Shown: positions 60,926 to 64,000 of the stretch, piece by piece | Position numbering within the stretch: position 1 is the stretch's first letter | How the letters are laid out: each line of letters begins with the position of its first letter | Assembly (NCBI GenBank): GCA_034180415.1 | Contig: JAXFOK010000005.1 | Span: 65,093-129,092 of the forward strand | Direction of reading: 5' to 3' | From: Bdellovibrionota bacterium | GTDB taxonomy: Bacteria > Bdellovibrionota_C > UBA2361 > CAKMMH01 | Length of the DNA: 64,000 nucleotides | The notes under the pieces: model-generated | The model's input: the letters and a program-made list of their open reading frames with translations, nothing else | Databases searched by the model: none | What the model was told of the DNA's origin: nothing | Made by a program: the position numbers and the translations under genes

Positions 60926-62344
60926 TTATTTATTTTGAAATTTATATTTCTTGTAAACATAAATATTCCCATCATTGTAAATATTTTTCCATGATTTAGA
61001 ATTGAAAATTGTTTCATTAATGTTATTTAATTCTTTTTTTGATACTGGAAAAGAATCTAATTGTTTATTAATAATTATGTAATCAGCGTTTTCATAACTA
61101 AAATTGTTTTGATATGGAAATACTTTTACAAATTTATAATTTCTTAAATGGGGAACTATTGGTCCTTGTGAAGAAATTTTAACATTTTTAGGAATGGTTT
61201 GTAGTATATCATGTTGCTTAAAGCAATCTTTATTTGGTAAATATATTTTCCAGCCCCATTGAGTGGTTAATAATATTACAAATATAATACTTATTAAGTA
61301 CTTATTTATAAATAAATATTTTGTTTTCAAAATTTTATAAATAAATGATTTTACTTCTGCTAATGAGGTAATTGCTCCCCAGTAAATAAAAGGAAGGATA
61401 CCAAATGAATAATATAATTTAAGTTCTGACTGAATATTAAATGAAGACGTGGTGTGTAAACTTATGTAAGGAAGTGACATAAGAAGTTGGTTAGGAGATA
61501 ATACTGGTAAAAAATAGAAAGTTTCAAGGAGTTTGTAGTAAGAATTAAGTAGAGATTTTATTATAAATATAGGATGAGTAATAAAGTACATAAAGATTTC
61601 TAATTTTGAATTTCCAAACTGTCCCCATCTAGCTTTTATCATCCAACTTTGATCGTTATTAAAATTGCCAAAATATGGAATTAGAAAAAAAATAATAAAA
61701 ATAAAATATAAAATTAAAAATGAAATTAATGATGTTTTTAGCTTTAATGAAAAATTTTTATTCAGAAAAATGTAAAATCCAATTAATGAAAGTGCCATGT
61801 CTTCTTTAACAATGAGTAATAGTGTAGAAAATAGATATACATATTTATTTTTATTTTTTAAGTAACAATAAATAATAAGTAATAAAAGAGGAATAGCAAA
61901 AATTTCAGGGTGATAATTATACATAATACCTTGTGCTAATCTTCTATTAAATATGCATATGAGTCCAATAAATCTTGCTTCTCTAATGTCGAAATCATAA
62001 AAACGTGCAATTTTAAAGCAAATACAAAAAATGATACCAACTAATATCGCTTGCGATAAAAAAAGCCAATATATTGAATTGAAGATTAAATATAATGGTA
62101 AATAGATTAATATTATTGGACAAAAATGTTCTGATAAAATGCTTCTTTCGATTTGATTAGAATATAAAAATTTCAATTTTAAAGTATTACTTATTGCAGT
62201 ATCAAATGTCGATAAATCGTAAGCATGTGTATTAAATGTGTAATGTTGTAAACACTTTAATATAAATATAAATGCTATTATTGAAGTGATTATTAGTAAA
62301 TTAATTTTTTGCTCTTTATTTATTACAATTTTACTAGCATTCAT
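60926..62344 (-). CDS. polytopic membrane protein (12 or more TM helices; GT-C/DUF2079-like candidate)
   Basis: The 472-aa ORF is almost entirely hydrophobic helices; it overlaps the upstream gene by 4 nt. Confidence 0.5.
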   Translation of the reverse strand: MNASKIVINKEQKINLLIITSIIAFIFILKCLQHYTFNTHAYDLSTFDTAISNTLKLKFLYSNQIERSILSEHFCPIILIYLPLYLIFNSIYWLFLSQAILVGIIFCICFKIARFYDFDIREARFIGLICIFNRRLAQGIMYNYHPEIFAIPLLLLIIYCYLKNKNKYVYLFSTLLLIVKEDMALSLIGFYIFLNKNFSLKLKTSLISFLILYFIFIIFFLIPYFGNFNNDQSWMIKARWGQFGNSKLEIFMYFITHPIFIIKSLLNSYYKLLETFYFLPVLSPNQLLMSLPYISLHTTSSFNIQSELKLYYSFGILPFIYWGAITSLAEVKSFIYKILKTKYLFINKYLISIIFVILLTTQWGWKIYLPNKDCFKQHDILQTIPKNVKISSQGPIVPHLRNYKFVKVFPYQNNFSYENADYIIINKQLDSFPVSKKELNNINETIFNSKSWKNIYNDGNIYVYKKYKFQNK

Positions 62345-63588
62345 TTTTTATTGTTCTTAGATAATTCTTTTACTTTTAAAGCATATTCTAGATTTATTGT
62401 ATCAAATTTATTATTTATTAGATTAATTGTCGCAGTATCTCCTTTTAGATTTTTAATATTTTCAGCAAGAACTGAAACTGTATGTGAGCGAAGAGAAACA
62501 CTTACTAATTTTCGTTGTGAAATGGGTAATACTATCACTAAGTAAATAATCATTATAAAGAGTATCTTATTGTTTATTATCAAACTATTTTTTACAAATG
62601 TGATTATACTGCAGATTAAAAATGGGAGAGAAATGTACACATATAAGTATGAAGAATTAGGTACTGGCATAGTGGGAATGACAAATATGATACCTGTAAT
62701 TAAAATTAAGAGGGCATGCATATTTTTAAATGAACAGTCATTCTTCAAGTCTTTAGTATTAAAAACAATTAGGAAGAATATAGGAATTAATGAAATAAAA
62801 TAAACATTAAAAATATAGTATGAGATTTTTTTTAAAAAGTATAAAAGAGAATAGTTGTATGTATATAAGTCTGGTGCTGTCGATATTTCCCATGCATTTG
62901 TATTTTTACGCAAATACAAATACAAGATAGTTAAAATGATATGAAAACTTAAACTTAAAATAATTTTTATTTTATTGATTTTACAGGTTATTAAAATAAT
63001 TGGGGTTGCAAATAATGTCATTATTGCAGTTTCTTTGCTAAGTAATGATAAAAATATAAGTATATTAAATAATATTAATGAAAGAACAGTATTTTTTATA
63101 TAAAGAAGTGCTACAAGTGCTAGGAAGAAAAAAAATACCCATAAAGTTTCTGTTCTTCCGACTATCATAAGTAATGTATTTTGAGCAATTTTAAAATTTA
63201 GAGCCCATATAAAAATTATGATACTAGATAAAATTTTTGAACCTGTTATCTTATTAAAAATATAATACCCAAGCATTAAATTTGTAAGAAATAATAAAAA
63301 ATTAAATAGTCCATAAGGGTACGGGTTAAATCCAAATAATTTTATGCAAATATAAAATGAGATATGGTTGATTGGTCTAAAGAAGCCATCCATTCCAATA
63401 TCTAATAAGCCTAGCATCTTGTTAGAATTGTCAACTAATCTAAAGAAATCATCACCAAAGAAATATTTTCCAGTAAATGGAAGATATGCTGTAAAACAAA
63501 AATATACAGCTAAAAGTAATATTATTTGGTTGTAAGAAAGATCTTTAATTTTGTTAATGTATCTGGTAAATATTTTGAATTGTATCAC
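62341..63588 (-). CDS. polytopic membrane protein (GT-C, ArnT/PMT-like candidate)
   Basis: The 415-aa multi-TM ORF has an N-terminal GDDFFRLVDN loop-like acidic motif after TM1, as in GT-C lipid-linked sugar transferases. Confidence 0.45.
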   Translation of the reverse strand: MIQFKIFTRYINKIKDLSYNQIILLLAVYFCFTAYLPFTGKYFFGDDFFRLVDNSNKMLGLLDIGMDGFFRPINHISFYICIKLFGFNPYPYGLFNFLLFLTNLMLGYYIFNKITGSKILSSIIIFIWALNFKIAQNTLLMIVGRTETLWVFFFFLALVALLYIKNTVLSLILFNILIFLSLLSKETAIMTLFATPIILITCKINKIKIILSLSFHIILTILYLYLRKNTNAWEISTAPDLYTYNYSLLYFLKKISYYIFNVYFISLIPIFFLIVFNTKDLKNDCSFKNMHALLILITGIIFVIPTMPVPNSSYLYVYISLPFLICSIITFVKNSLIINNKILFIMIIYLVIVLPISQRKLVSVSLRSHTVSVLAENIKNLKGDTATINLINNKFDTINLEYALKVKELSKNNKK

Positions 63589-63704
63589 TTTTATAATGAC
63601 TTTTTTAGAAAAACCTAATACTCTTTAGAAATGCCTAAGGCACTCACTCTATGTTTTGTGTCTTAGGCATTTAGATTTACTAATCAATATATATTGTTAG
63701 TTGA

Positions 63705-64000
63705 TTATTTAGTTTCATAACCTGTAACTTCTAATTTGTCTTGTCCATAGATATAAGGGATATAGAAAAACAAATGAGATAAGTTTACATCAACTAACAT
63801 ATTTGCATCTTTCCACGTTGTCGCCTCTTTATACGCATCAGAAAAAAGAGGATTAAAATCAGTTGGAACAATACAAATAATATGTCGTCTTTTTACTCCA
63901 CTTACATAATTTCCTTTGTCCCGTGTGTTTACAGAGAAATCACTAGGATTAATTTGTCCATTAGAGAGTAATGTTAAATGAGACTTGCTTGTACAAGATG
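63705..64000 (-). CDS. hypothetical protein, C-terminal part only (the N-terminus lies beyond the window end)
   Basis: Open minus-strand frame to the window edge, ending ...DKLEVTGYETK*. Confidence 0.35.
   Translation of the reverse strand, partial: SCTSKSHLTLLSNGQINPSDFSVNTRDKGNYVSGVKRRHIICIVPTDFNPLFSDAYKEATTWKDANMLVDVNLSHLFFYIPYIYGQDKLEVTGYETK

Noticed and set aside
62309-62803. Plus-strand ORFs 62309-62545 and 62570-62803
   Set aside because: They are antisense to the two polytopic membrane-protein genes and give low-complexity translations.

Overview
This is an AT-rich bacterial chromosomal window whose conserved core proteins (RpoC, S12, EF-Tu, DnaK) look proteobacterial; the exact lineage cannot be fixed without a search. 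The conserved backbone is, first, the 3' end of rpoC (2..3712). Second, the complete str/S10/spc ribosomal-protein run: rpsL, rpsG, fusA, tuf, rpsJ, rplC, rplD, rplW, rplB, rpsS, rplV, rpsC, rplP, rpmC, rpsQ, rplN, rplX, rplE, rpsN, rpsH, rplF, rplR, rpsE, rpmD, rplO, secY (32565..48807). Third, the chaperone genes grpE, dnaK and dnaJ (21145..25100). An accessory block of about 29 kb sits between rpoC and rpsL. It holds a surface-glycan locus: two GT4 glycosyltransferases, a GNAT acetyltransferase, three tandem paralogous 830-930 aa polytopic membrane proteins, and a frameshifted acyltransferase-3 pseudogene. It also holds a stomatin/NfeD pair, YggU and FmdB-like small genes, a RecO-like gene, a GC-richer fossil of a bioW-bioF biotin operon, and a SurA/PrsA-like foldase. 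The most unusual gene there is a 633 aa ORF that is clearly UvrA-derived, with intact zinc-finger and helix motifs but dead ATPase motifs. A trpS remnant lies just upstream of rpsL. After secY the expected adk-map-infA-rpsM-rpoA continuation is replaced by an SGNH-like plus MBOAT O-acylation pair. Beyond that lie an ABC-F ATPase, an epimerase, a split chrA pair, a protein built from roughly 255-bp near-identical tandem repeats, Nudix, acyl-ACP thioesterase and DUF3990-like genes, and two more polytopic membrane proteins. No rRNA, tRNA, CRISPR array or transposase was found. The recurring theme is gene decay: nonsense-riddled, frameshifted, internally deleted and motif-dead genes, plus two GC-rich islands of palindromic repeats, which points to a genome under relaxed selection and possibly a host-dependent lifestyle. 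All functional calls rest on motif-level reading of the translations and are unverified by database search.
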